DNA of 22,540 nt from Chiloscyllium plagiosum (lineage: Eukaryota), in assembly GCF_004010195.1 (NCBI RefSeq), contig NC_057718.1, positions 79,040,676-79,063,215 on the forward strand, given 5' to 3'. A program made the translations under genes and the position numbers. Below, piece after piece: positions 1 through 10,367 of the stretch (position 1 is the first letter of the stretch; the number at the start of each line of letters is the position of its first letter). The notes beneath the pieces were generated by a model. It ran no database searches, was not told the DNA's origin, and saw nothing but the letters and a program-made list of their open reading frames with translations.

Positions 1-1427
1 GCATAGATGGTTTTCCCACCCATCATCACAAAATTAAAAGCAGCTGCTACCGGATGCTGGAGGTGCAGTTAAAGAAGTTGAATCCCTTGTTCAACAAATC
101 AATATATCCTTTTTTGGAAGACCCCACCATACCAAGTTGTAAATGTCCCATTAGCCCAGGAATTTAATGAAACGCTGTTTATGAACCTGAATGTATGGGG
201 CATAGGATTAAAATATTTGTTACATTTTGTAGATATGGCTATTAGATTCAGCGTTATCTACTGTAATAAGCAACAAAGAGAAATAGACAATAATGGATTT
301 TTTATGGATAAGTGAGTTGGCATAACTCCAGAGTGCCAACAAGATTTATGACAATTACAACATTTAAAAGGTATTTGGATGGGTATATGAATAGGAACGA
401 TTTAGAGGGATATGTGTCAAGTACTGGCAAATGGGCTAGATTAGTTTAGGATATCTGGTCAGCGAGGACAAGTTGAACCTAAGGGTCTGTTTCCATGCTT
501 TACATCTCTGACTCTAACACATGAGAATATGCAAAAGATTTTTCTTTGGACATGTGCAAATACTTAAATATAGTAATGCCAATGAACATTGCAGAAAGTC
601 CATTTGACAATGGTTTGGGTAAAAGAAATCATGCAGTAGCTGATGACATGTAATCCAAGATGAATTGAATTATCAGCTTCATTTTCTCTACCCACTTAAA
701 TGTGCTATACGATGGCAAGACAGAGTTTATCAAAGTTGCAAGCATGAGAAAAAATTCAGAGAACATTACACTTCATTCAGCCATTTTGGGGAACTTCTGT
801 TTTCATGACCGGGTTTACAACTAGTGGACTTAAGGAATGGAAAAGTCTGTGAAAAAAATTAGAGGATGTGATGGGAAGGCTCTTAACAGTATAACATGGG
901 AAACAGACCATAAAAGCACATTCCCGACAAGTAGTAAAGGTGCATTATGCATTTTCACGAAGATGATAATAAAATGGCACATTGGGTGTTTCTTGTGATG
1001 TGGAATACAGAGGGGGGAGATTTGGAATTTCAAATGTTTGGCACAGATGCATGTGCTAATCGTGGCGAGTGAGATTGTCTGCCTGAAGTGGGTTCAGGTG
1101 TGGTGTGCCAGCCAGAAGGATCAGAATATTGGAGAAAGGCCCTGCATTGAGCTGGTAGGTCTATGGGCAAATACAAAAATTGCTTAATTATCCAAAAGGA
1201 AGCTAGAGAGATATGAGGGCATTGGAGTGGAGTCATAATTTGAGAGATATGCATCACTAAGAGAAAGAGAGTGATTTATAGCCAATCTTGACAGGAATAG
1301 TCTACAGAGACCTCAATAAATCAGGTGACAAGCCAAAGAAAATGCACAGAACCACAAATCCCAGTGATTGAGAGGCATTTGTAACTGCCACTAGATTAGA
1401 AGACCGTATTTGGTGAACTAAACAACA
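1..1427 (+). mobile_element. Decayed Ty1/copia LTR retrotransposon (GalEa-like), integrase region and INT-RT linker; starts before the window
   Basis: Manual translation across frameshifts and stops gives HRWFSHPSSQN*KQLLPDAG (zinc-binding HH part), KTPPYQVVNVPLAQEFNETLFMNLNVW..LHFVDMAIRFS (118-255) and EYAKDFSLDMCKYLNIVMPMNIAESPFDNGLGKRNHAVADDM (~525-650). These match copia/GalEa integrase motifs such as LPLA.DFNE.VAMDL and TAAESPFSNGLCERNH. Interrupted by a CR1 tail at 351-517. Confidence 0.8.
351..517 (+). mobile_element. 5'-truncated CR1 (HER1-type) LINE 3' end
   Basis: ACAATTACAACATTTAAAAGG...GATATCTGGTC...TACATCTCTGACTCTA closely matches the 3' end of the long CR1 at ~4125-4296. Confidence 0.85.
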
Positions 1428-2197
1428 CATCTTAGAGAAAAAAGATAGCAATTGTTTTAGCCAAGGTTTTTGCCAAAGTAGGGTTCCAAAGCATGTCCGA
1501 TTTGGAGGAAAATGGAAGCAGGCAAACAATCCACGTATTTTTAAGTGCAGAGTCAGCATAGATGTACGCCACAGGCACAAATTCCAATGTGAGTTGTACA
1601 AGAAAATTTTCTGATTCAGTATGTGGATGTACCTACTAGAGAAGGTGCAAAGCTTCATTTACCTTTGTGAAATAAGGCAGGGCAAGTGACTGAGGTGTCA
1701 GTGAGGGAGCACTTTGGGGCCAGTGACCATAATTATATTGGTTTAAAAATAGTGATGGAAAAGGATTGACTGGATCTAAAAGTTGAAGCTCTGAATTGGA
1801 GGAAGGCCAATTTTGACGATACTAGGCAAGAACTTTTAAAAGTTGATTGGGGGCAGATTTGCAGGTAAAGGGACAGTTGGGAAGTGGGAAGCCTGCAAAA
1901 ATGAGATCATGAGAGTCCAGAGACAGTATAATCCTGTCGGGGTGAAAGGCAAGGCTGGGAGATGTAGGGAATACTGGATGACTAGAGAAATTGAGAATTT
2001 GGTCAAGAAAAAGAAGGAAGCATATGTCAGGTATAGGCAGCAGAGATAGGTTGAATCCTTAGAGTACAAAGGCAGTAGGAGTATTTTTTGGCGGGAAATC
2101 AGGAAAGCAAAAAGCAGACATGAGAGAGTTTTGGCAAATAGGTTTAAAGAAAATCCAAAGGAATTTTAAAATTCCATTAAGGACGAAAAGATAGCTA

Positions 2198-2276
2198 GCG
2201 GTTCCACACGTAAACTGACTTGCTAATCTTTGAGGACCCCTCAAAGATCAGCAAGTCAGCCTATGTGTGGAACCGC
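2198..2276. repeat. Fold-back inverted repeat, 38-bp arms, 3-nt loop
   Basis: 2198-2235 is the reverse complement of 2239-2276 at 34/38 positions. Confidence 0.95.
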
Positions 2277-2515
2277 AAGAGATGAAGAGATACTAAGCGA
2301 GTATTTTGCATCAGAGTTTACTGTGGAGAAAGAGATGGAAGATATAGAATGTGGGGAAACAGATGGTGACATCTTGAAAAATGTCCATGTTATAGAGGAG
2401 GTGTTAGTGGCTTAAAACGCATAAAGTTGGATAAATCCCTGGGACGTGATCAGGTGTGCCCTGGAACTCTGTGGGGAGTTGAGAAGTGATTGTTGCACCC
2501 CTTGCTAAGATATTT

Positions 2516-2837
2516 GATTAGATTAGATTAGATTAGATTCCCTACAATGTGGAAGCAGACCCTTCGGCCCAACCAGTCCACATCGACCCTCCGAAGAGTA
2601 ACCCACCCAGACCCATTTCCTTAATGCAACTAATACTATGGGCAATTTAGCATGGCCAATTCACCTGACCTGCAAATATTTGGACTGTGGGAGGAAACCG
2701 GAGCACCCGGAGGAAACTCACGCAGACACTAGGAGAATGTGCAAACTCCACACAGGTAGTTGCACGAGGCTGGAATCAAACCTGGGACCCTGGTGCTGAG
2801 AGGCAGCAGTGCTAACCACTGAGCCACCATGCCGCCC
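2516..2837 (-). mobile_element. Full-length tRNA-derived V-SINE (HE1-type) inserted in CR1
   Basis: Minus strand begins GGGCGGCATGGTGGCTCAGTGGTTAGC (A box), then GGTTTGATTCC (B box), the V-domain TGTGTGGAGTTTGCACATTCTCC..GGGTGCTCCGGTTTCCTCCCA, a CR1-like tail and an (AATCT)n end at 2516-2539. Confidence 0.92.
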
Positions 2838-4296
2838 TGTGTATTATTGATAGTCACAGGTGAGGTGCCTGAAGACTGAAAGTTGGCTAATGTGGTGCCA
2901 CTATTTAAGAAAGGTGGTAAGGAAAGGCCAGGGAACTATCAACTGATGAGCCTGGCATCTGTGGTGGGCAAGTTGTTGGAGGGAATCCTGAGGGACAGGA
3001 CTGACTTATATTTGGATAGGCAAGGACTGATTAGGGATAGTCACCATGGCTTTGTGCATGGGAAATTGTGTCTCACGAACATGATTGAGTTTTTTGAAGA
3101 CGTAACAAAAAGGATTGATGAACATAGAGTGGTGGACGTGATCCAAATGGACTTAAGTAAGGTGTTCGACAAGGTTCCTATGGTAGACTGGTTAGCAAGG
3201 TTAGATCACATGGTATACAGACAAAACTAGCCATTTGGATACAGAACTGTCTTGAACATAGACAGAAGGTGGTGGTAAAGGGTTGCTTTTTAGACTGGAG
3301 GCCTGTGACCAGTGGTGTGTCACAAGGATTGATTCTAAGAACACTTTTTTTTGTCTTTTATATAAATAATTTGGATGTGAACATAGAAGGTATGGTTGTA
3401 AGTTGCAGATGATACCAAAATTGGAAGTGTAGTGGACAGTGAAGAAGGTTACCTCAGTACAATGGGATCTTGATCAGATGGGCCAATAGGCTGATGTGAG
3501 GCAGATGGAATTTAATTTAGATAAAGTGAGATGCTGCATTTTGGAAAGGCAAATCAGAGCAGGACTTATACACTTAATGGTAAGGTCCTGGGCAGTGTTG
3601 TTGAACAGAGACCTTGGAATGTAGGTTCATGGCTCCTCGAAAGTGGAGTTGCAGGTAGATAGGATAGTGAAGAAGGCGTTTGGTATGCTTTCCTTTATTG
3701 GTCAGAGCATTGAGTATAGGTGTTGTGAGGTCATGTTGTGCAGGGCATTGGTTTGGTCACTTTTGGAATATTCTGGTCTCCCTGCTATAGGAAGGATGTT
3801 GTGAAACTTGAAAGATTGACCAGGATGTTGGCAGTGGTGGGGGGGGGGGGGTTGAGCTATTGGGAGAAGCTGAATAGGCTAAGGATGTTTTCCTGGAATA
3901 TTGGAGGCTGAGGGATGACCTTATAAAGGTTCATAAAATCATGAGGGGTGTGGATAAGGTAAATGTACAAGAAGTTTTCTCTGTGGTGGGGGGAGTCCAA
4001 AACTAGAGGGCACAGGTTTTAGGGTAAGAGGTGAAAGATTTAAAAGGGACCTAAGGGGCAACATTTTCACACAGAGGTTAATGCATATATGGAATGAGCT
4101 GCCAGAGGAAGTGGTGGAGACTGGTGCAATTACAACATTTAAAAGTCATCTGGGTGGGTATATGAATAGGAAGGGGTTAGAAGGATATGGGCCAAATGCT
4201 GGCAAATGGGACTAGAGATATTTAGGATATCTGGTTGGCATGGGTGAGTTGGACTAAAGCGTCTGTTTCCGTGCTGTACATCTGTGACTCTAACTC

Positions 4297-5546
4297 AAAT
4301 TTGGAGAATACTCAGGTTGCAGATAAACGTCAGCCCTGCTGTACAGAAAGCATCATTGTCAAATGGGACCAAAAGGTCAAGGAAAGGTTGCGAACCAGAA
4401 GTTTTGAGCAGTGCCTGGGTGACAGATCAGTATCAATTCACCTATAGTGGGCAATGTGGTTTTTATAATATTTTTGACTCTCTTTAACTACCCGTTCATG
4501 GGGTCTAAGTCCACAAATCTAAAAGCAGCTTTTCTGGAGGGTAACTTACTTCAGAGAGAAGTGTACCTACAGCATTTTGAAGGAAGCATCCAACCTAGGT
4601 ATCTCTGGAAATTGAATAAAATATTTGTGTTGGTAAATACTTTCTTGTGTAGTATTTTTTGGTGATGGCACTAAGGTGGGTACCTTTATGATGCATGGTG
4701 TCGATTGTTTTCTTAATGAGATAGCAAAATGAGTTTGAGAAGGGATTTAAAATCGTGCTTCAGGTCCTTTTGGATATGTTGGTTTGGAGATGAAGTAGTT
4801 TGAATCAGATGTCGTTTCACATCAACAATCTTTCTTGCAAAGTGCTAGTTCCATCATCATTGGTCTTGTCAGGTCTGCATAAAAAGATGTGCCTGCTTAT
4901 GTTGCTGGCTTGTCAGCAATTGGTTAAGTGTGCAAACGAGAGCAGATGCAAATTTTGCTGAGTTAAAACTTCTGATGAAAAACTTGAAAGGCTGAGCATA
5001 TCTAAAAAGTAAATTTAAATGTACGGATATGTATGCTGAAATATTCAGCTTTAGATGATCATGACAACATTTTTTGTGATGTCTCACCTGCCAACCTCAT
5101 TGAGGAATTTTTCAGTGTAGGTGGTTCATAATTCCTCATGGCAGGGTGCATGGGAAGAAAAGTAGCCTTGTGGTTTGGGAAGTCAAACAATGAGTAGTCA
5201 AGAGTATAATGAGCATGGAAACTTTTGCACTGGTAGATGTGATGGATATAGCGTTTTATTTATCTAAGGTTTAGAAGAAATGTTCTGTGTAAGGGGTCTC
5301 GAGGAACCATACCTATTGAATGCTATCTACATAACAAACCCTTGGGACAGTGTACGTTCTACAAAATATGTAAATGAAATTAAACTGAGAATAAAAATAG
5401 CAGTCTAAAGCAAATTTTGGAGCAAATTAAAATATCAAAACACAGATAGGGACATATAAGCAAACATTTATTGTGTTATTTTACTAAAGGAAATGCCTCT
5501 AATGAGAAGTTAGGGGAACCTGGAAGAAGGACACTTTGTATTGTAA
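4297..5546 (+). mobile_element. Ty1/copia (GalEa-like) reverse transcriptase plus RNase H remnant; continuation of the 1-1427 element
   Basis: KVKERLRTRSFEQ (KARLVARGFEE-like), NLKAAFLEGNLLQREVYL..LWKLNK, FMMH..D (HVDD-like, ~4685), FCDVSPANL (RNase H FSDAS-like), ETFALVDVMDIAFYLS, STKYVNEIKLRI, ending LEEGHFVL* at 5544-5546. The INT-RT-RH order is that of copia. Confidence 0.82.
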
Positions 5547-5631
5547 ACCTTAGGGATGTTAAATTTATTTTGTGTGTGTGTATCTTTTAAGTATGTTTGT
5601 GAAATTTATTTTTTAGAAAAGGTTCTGACAG

Positions 5632-5858
5632 TGTTAGAAATAATGGTCTCTTTACGAAATACCCAGGACATGCTCCAGAGATAATCGAGAGCAACTGATG
5701 CTCATTGGAGCATGCATTTAACTCCATCACGAAGGGTGGTTGTTTAGGTAGGGATGTGAGTAGATTGTTGTTTGTACTGAAATCTGAAAAGCTAATTAAT
5801 ATTTGAGCAAGGCAGACTGACTCATACTTTGATTTAATAGATAATTAGCAGTATAACA
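5632..5858 (+). repeat. Candidate 3' LTR of the copia element
   Basis: Bounded by inverted TGTTA (5632) ... TAACA (5858), about 85 nt after the pol stop and just after a decayed purine tract (AGAAAAGG). The 5' LTR is outside the window, so this is unconfirmed. Confidence 0.5.
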
Positions 5859-6318
5859 ATCCTGAATTATGGGTAAATGTATGTCATCTCTTTGTTCTTC
5901 AGAAATGTCTGCAGTGGCCAAAATAGTTTAGCATATGTTAGCAGCAGGGACAGTTTAAGCAATAATGATTTCTACACAGTATCAGAGGCCTATGATCTAT
6001 GAGGCAGCTCAAGTCTTGAACTATGATGGAAATCAGCCTCTCTGGTTATAGTGGTAGCAAATATTTGTTCACGGCAACTGTGGTACTTAAAACCAGCCAG
6101 CCTGTAGAAATGGAGTCACTAAATCAATATTTTGCCTTAGTTTTCAGTGTGGAGGACATTGTGTCATCCAATAATAATGGATAATTCAGAGATTATATAA
6201 AAAAGGAGGAACTTAGAGCAATCATCATTACCACTAGAGAATAAGTACTGAGCAAACTGTTGAGATTGAAGGCAGATAAGTCCTCCAGGGCCTGATAGTC
6301 TGCATCCTAGGATCCGAG

Positions 6319-6608
6319 AGGAACATCGAACATTACTGCGCAGTGCAGGCCCTTTGGCCCTGTATGTTCTGCCGACCTGTGAAATCAGTCTGAAGCCCAT
6401 CTAATCTACAATATTCCATTTTCATCCATATGTCTATCCAATGACTGTTTAAATGCCCTTAAAGTTGGCGAGTCTACTGCTGCCACAGGCAGGTTGTTCC
6501 ACGACCCTACTGGTCTGAGTAAAGAAACTACCTCTGACATCTGTCCTATATTTATCACCCCACAATGTAAAGCTATGTTCTCTCGTGCTAGCCATCACTA
6601 TGCAAGGA
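6319..6608 (-). mobile_element. CR1 LINE 3' end (different subfamily), antisense
   Basis: GAACATCGAACAT tail repeat followed by CAGGCCCTTTGGCCC..., TTAAATGCCC..., GTTCCACG..CCTAC..CTGAGTAAAGAAA, the typical reverse-strand CR1 3' UTR layout. Confidence 0.75.
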
Positions 6609-6763
6609 AGGGGTAGCAGAGATAGTGGACCCTTTGCCTATAATATTCCAACATTCTCTGGATACCAGAATGGCTTCACTGGATTGGAAAAATGCTAATA
6701 TAACACCCTTATTCAAAAAGGGAGGGAGGCACAAGGAATGACGCTACAGAACAGTTTAACATA

Positions 6764-7058
6764 TGGATGTAGGTTTGCTCGCTGAGCTACAAGGTTTGTT
6801 TTTAGATGTTTTGTCACCATACTAGGTATTTATGTTTGTTTCCTTGGTTTGGTGTCCCCATCTGTGTTTGGTGATATTATTTCCATATGAAATCCCAAAC
6901 ACACAAATAGAAAGCAGGCTACACAGCCAGTGCTTCACCCGGTGGCTCACTGGAGATGTTACCCAGTACGGTGACGAAACATCTGAAAACGAACCTTCCA
7001 GCTCAACGAGCAAACCTACATCCAGAAACTCAACCTGAGCTACAAATGTTCTCAAAAC
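6764..7058 (+). mobile_element. Non-autonomous Penelope-like element terminus with inverted repeats and a degenerate hammerhead motif
   Basis: ~65-bp imperfect inverted repeats at 6764-6828 and 6960-7024. CTGGAGA-T-GTTACC-cagtac-GGTGAC-GAAAC-ATC at 6950-6983 resembles a PLE hammerhead. Confidence 0.7.
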
Positions 7059-7958
7059 AAAGGTTAATCATATCATTGGGAAATTTAGAATCCATCATTA
7101 AAAGTCAAAATCAATCCATCGCAGTCAGCGTGGTTTTATGAAGGGTAGGTCATGCTTGATTAAATTGCTACAGTTCTTTGAAGGTGTAACAAGCAAAGCG
7201 GATAATGGGGATTCTGTCGATGTAATATATCTTGACTTCAAGGTGGTGCTGCACAAAATGTCAAGACACAAAATTAGATTACATGGGGTTAGGGGTATTT
7301 ATTACTTGGCTAGAGTATTGGCTAACGAAGAGTAAGCAGTGAATTGGGTTGAAAAGAAATTGGTGTTTTTCTGGTTGTAACTGCGGGGGTGCCACAGAGT
7401 TCGGTCTTGGGCCCATCTATTTACAATCTATTTTAATGACTTGGATGCAGCAATAGAAGTACTATAAACAAATTTGCAATTGACACTAAAATAGGTGGAG
7501 AAAATAAGTTGTCGTGAAGAAGTAAAAATTTACAAGTGGGTATGGATTGATTAGGTGAATGGACAAAATGTGACAGATGAACTGAAAGGGTGAGGTTATC
7601 AGTTTTGGTTGCAGGAATAGAAAGATGATCTGTAATCTAAATGGAGAGAAACTTCAGTAGCAAAAGTGTTAGCATTTAGACAAGCTCTTGCTGCTATCAG
7701 TGGCCGTTCCCTTACTAATGTGGATTGCATACAAAAGACAGTGTTCTTCCCTTAATCCTGAAAAAGGACCAAAAAAAGCATTATGCTGTACAGGAATCTT
7801 GCTGTCTAATTAGGAAGCTTTGATTTCTCCCAAAAGACTTTCTTACTTAGTCTTTTGACTTGATAGGGAAATTCCATGTGTCGATTTACTGTGCTGCTAA
7901 TGTGATTAGTTGCCTGGGAGATGGGTCCAAAAGAAAATGTTGGCATATTCAAATGTAG

Positions 7959-8174
7959 TGTGGTGCTGGAAATGTGTACAGCAGGTCAGGCAGCATCCAA
8001 GGAGTTGGAGAATCAACGTTTTGGGCAAAAGCCCTTCTTCAGGATTCCTGATGAAGGGCCTTTGCCCAAAACGTCGATTTTCCTGCTCTTCAGATGCTGC
8101 CAGACCTGCTGTGTTTTTCCAGCACCACACTCTCAACTCTAATCTCCAGCATCTGCAGTCCTCACTTTTGCCTC
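7959..8174 (+). mobile_element. Palindromic Penelope-derived short element with 13-bp TSD and two back-to-back hammerhead motifs
   Basis: Direct repeat TATTCAAATGTAG at 7946-7958 and 8175-8187. ~87-bp inverted arms centred at 8045. Confidence 0.85.
8010..8082. ncRNA. Two minimal type-I hammerhead ribozyme motifs on opposite strands, both with G12>A (probably inactive)
   Basis: + strand: CTGATGA-A-GGGC-cttt-GCCC-AAAA-CGTC (8048-8075). - strand: GAATC-CTGAAGA-A-GGGC-tttt-GCCC-AAAA-CGTT-GATTC, with stem I GAATC/GATTC. Confidence 0.65.
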
Positions 8175-9116
8175 TATTCAAATGTAGATTCCTATGCTAC
8201 AGTAAGAATGCCTCTTTGACGTGACTGCATATATGGAACTGCACCTGGTATTTAAGTGAGATTAGATCGTTTGGATTAATGTGATTGTCAAGAGGAAAAT
8301 CCTCTACTTTTTGTTGGAATCACTTTTTAAATAATGTACACAGAAGAAAAGGTCGTTGAGCTCACACAAATTCACTATGTTCTACACTCATCCCTGTGAC
8401 CATGCTGTGCTTCTCCTAGAAGTAAAGTAAGAAGGAATTACTGCATCATACTCCCTCTCCTATTTATCCCCTTGAGGACAAGCAGGCAAACCTCGGGAAA
8501 TTCTGAGTAGGTCATTAATCAAATGTTTTCTGTCTGGCTGCCATAGTTTTTCATAAATATGCTTTACACCTTAAAGAAAAACTGCAAGGAAGCAGCCCAC
8601 TTTAGGATAGTTATTCTGAACATTGAACATTCTTAAAGATTTTATCTTCTGCTTTCCCAATTGAAGTATTGCTGTCCAGTTCTGTTCAACCATGTCACCT
8701 CAAAACATCTTATTCACTTGTATGCTACTGATGTTTTTAATAATTTTAAGATCCAAATCCAATCTCAAGTCTGTGCCTGTCCAGTTAGTATAGATGCAAA
8801 TGATTAAAGAAAATTTTAGTATATTTGGACCAGTGATTATCCGCATAACACCCTTGTATCATCTTTAGATCCAATATGATTGAGACGTATGGGAATCCCA
8901 GTGAATTTCACCAAACACTTGGTTGAACTTCTCTGTGATCTGATTTATACTAATTGGTCAATGCAATAGATCTTAAGACCCTGTTCATCTTGGTGACAGC
9001 ACCCAAACCTTTGAAGAGCAATCAATGACTACCTTAAGTATAGTCTTTTTTGCATCCTTACCTGTTAGAAGCATGAGTTTTGTAAATCTGTTAATGTAGT
9101 TGTACATCATTTTATC

Positions 9117-9366
9117 TTAGAGTCATAGAGATGTACAGCACGGAAACAGACCCTTCGGTCCAATGTGTCCATGCCGACCAGATATCCCAACCCAATTTAG
9201 TCCCACCTGCCAGCATCTGGTCCGTATCCCTCCAAACCCTTCCTATTCATATGCCCATCCAGATGCCTTTTAAATGTTGCAGTTGTACTAGCCTCCACCA
9301 CTTAATCTGGCAACTTTATTGCATACACATACCACCCTCTGAGTGAAAAAGTTGCCTCTTAAGTGT
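9117..9366 (-). mobile_element. 5'-truncated CR1 (HER1-type) LINE 3' end, antisense
   Basis: TAGAGTCATAGAGATGTACAGCACGGAAACAGACCC... is the reverse complement of the tail at ~4050-4296. Confidence 0.9.
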
Positions 9367-10340
9367 CTTTTTCATTCAGAGGGTGGGTATGCAACCACTT
9401 CTCCAGCATCCTAAAATTAAATAGCTATGCTTCGTCTTCTGTCTCAGATTCTCTTTGCCCAATGTTTGAGTAAGTTTGTTGACTGTACTCTATGCTTTAA
9501 TTTAATAGGAAGGAACTTGGCATCAATCCTGGATATTCCATTAAGAGAGAGATTTTTGAATAGACAGTGTATTCCTGTTACAATCTCTTTTAAAATGGAT
9601 TTACTTGGGCATAGAAACTTCCAGCACTTTGTGTCTTCTGTGTGTTTGGAACTTTCACTATCAACTTAAGTATTTCCTATGGATTTTTTTTTGAGATGCA
9701 TTGTAATGTGAATCGATCAGAAATAAGTTCTGTCGCTCAGCCTGAAGTTAAGATCTAGAATTCTGGTGTTTGTATATTATGAAATTTATTCAACTGTGTA
9801 TATGTGTATCTGTGAATATAATACAAATACAGTAGCCCAATTTACTTCAAACACAATATTTGCAGTCACACTGTTTTTTCATTAATATTATTCTCTCTGC
9901 TGTTCTTTCAACCTTAGTCCACAGGTGGGTTAGTCCACAGTATCCTCGGCTTTTTATCTAAGCATCTCAAAGGATAGGAAAAGAAAAGCAAAAGCCTTAA
10001 GTAATAAGAAATTGTATTTACTTCTATGTTGATGGTAGATCAATTCACTTGTGCAGTGAGAATACAGTAGCTCAAAACTATGATCTAGAGTGAAGAAAAC
10101 TTAATGGCTATTGCAATGTTTTATCAGGAACGCCATTGTCAGAGAAGCAATTGAATAGTTAAGTGTTAAGGGCATTGGATTCATACTTGCTTTTTTTTCA
10201 TTTTTAGCTACTGAATGTTGTTGTAGTGGTACTATTGCTTGAATGATGCCTGCTGAAGTATTCTACTGTACTGTTTTACTTTCATTATGCTTAGCCAAGT
10301 TCTGGGTGAAACTTGAGTTGGAGCAGTCCCCTTTGCAAAT

Positions 10341-10367
10341 CGTAATCTTTCTTTCTTTACATTTCAG
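10341..10367 (+). promoter_or_regulatory. 3' splice acceptor (branch-point-like CGTAAT, polypyrimidine tract, CAG)
   Basis: CGTAATCTTTCTTTCTTTACATTTCAG immediately precedes the start of MAP3K4 homology. Confidence 0.85.

Larger units (their letters stand above)
1593..4296 (+). mobile_element. CR1-clade LINE, 5'-truncated ORF2 (endonuclease C-terminus plus RT) and 3' UTR, pseudogenised
   Basis: VQENFLIQYVDVPTREGA..EHFGASDHN (APE endonuclease end). ORF 2883-3230 reads ANVVPLFKKGGKERPGNYQLMSLASVVGKLLE..HGFVHGKLCLTNMIEFFE..DLSKVFDKVP. An ADDT-like catalytic motif lies at ~3405. Ends in a GACTCTA-type tail. Confidence 0.93.
6105..7660 (+). mobile_element. Older CR1 LINE RT fragment, interrupted by two insertions
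   Basis: LNQYFALVFSVED, K.DKS.GPDSLHPR, DWKNANITPLFKKGGR; ORF 7138-7335 KGRSCLIKLLQFFEGVTSKADNGDSVDVIYLDFK; KFAIDTKIGG at ~7470. Confidence 0.85.

Noticed and set aside
2516..2539. (GATTA)n as a CRISPR-like or telomeric array
   Set aside because: It is the simple-repeat tail of the SINE. There are no spacers and the context is eukaryotic.
2770..2837. tRNA gene
   Set aside because: The A/B boxes belong to the SINE head and are followed by the V-domain and LINE-like tail.
7906..8224. Similar ORFs on both strands
   Set aside because: An artefact of the palindromic element.
8190..9110. Additional MAP3K4 exon or old LINE remnant
   Set aside because: I could not recognise MAP3K4 peptide or convincing repeat motifs, so it is left unannotated. 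I saw no neighbouring MAP3K4 exons elsewhere in the window, though short ones could be missed.
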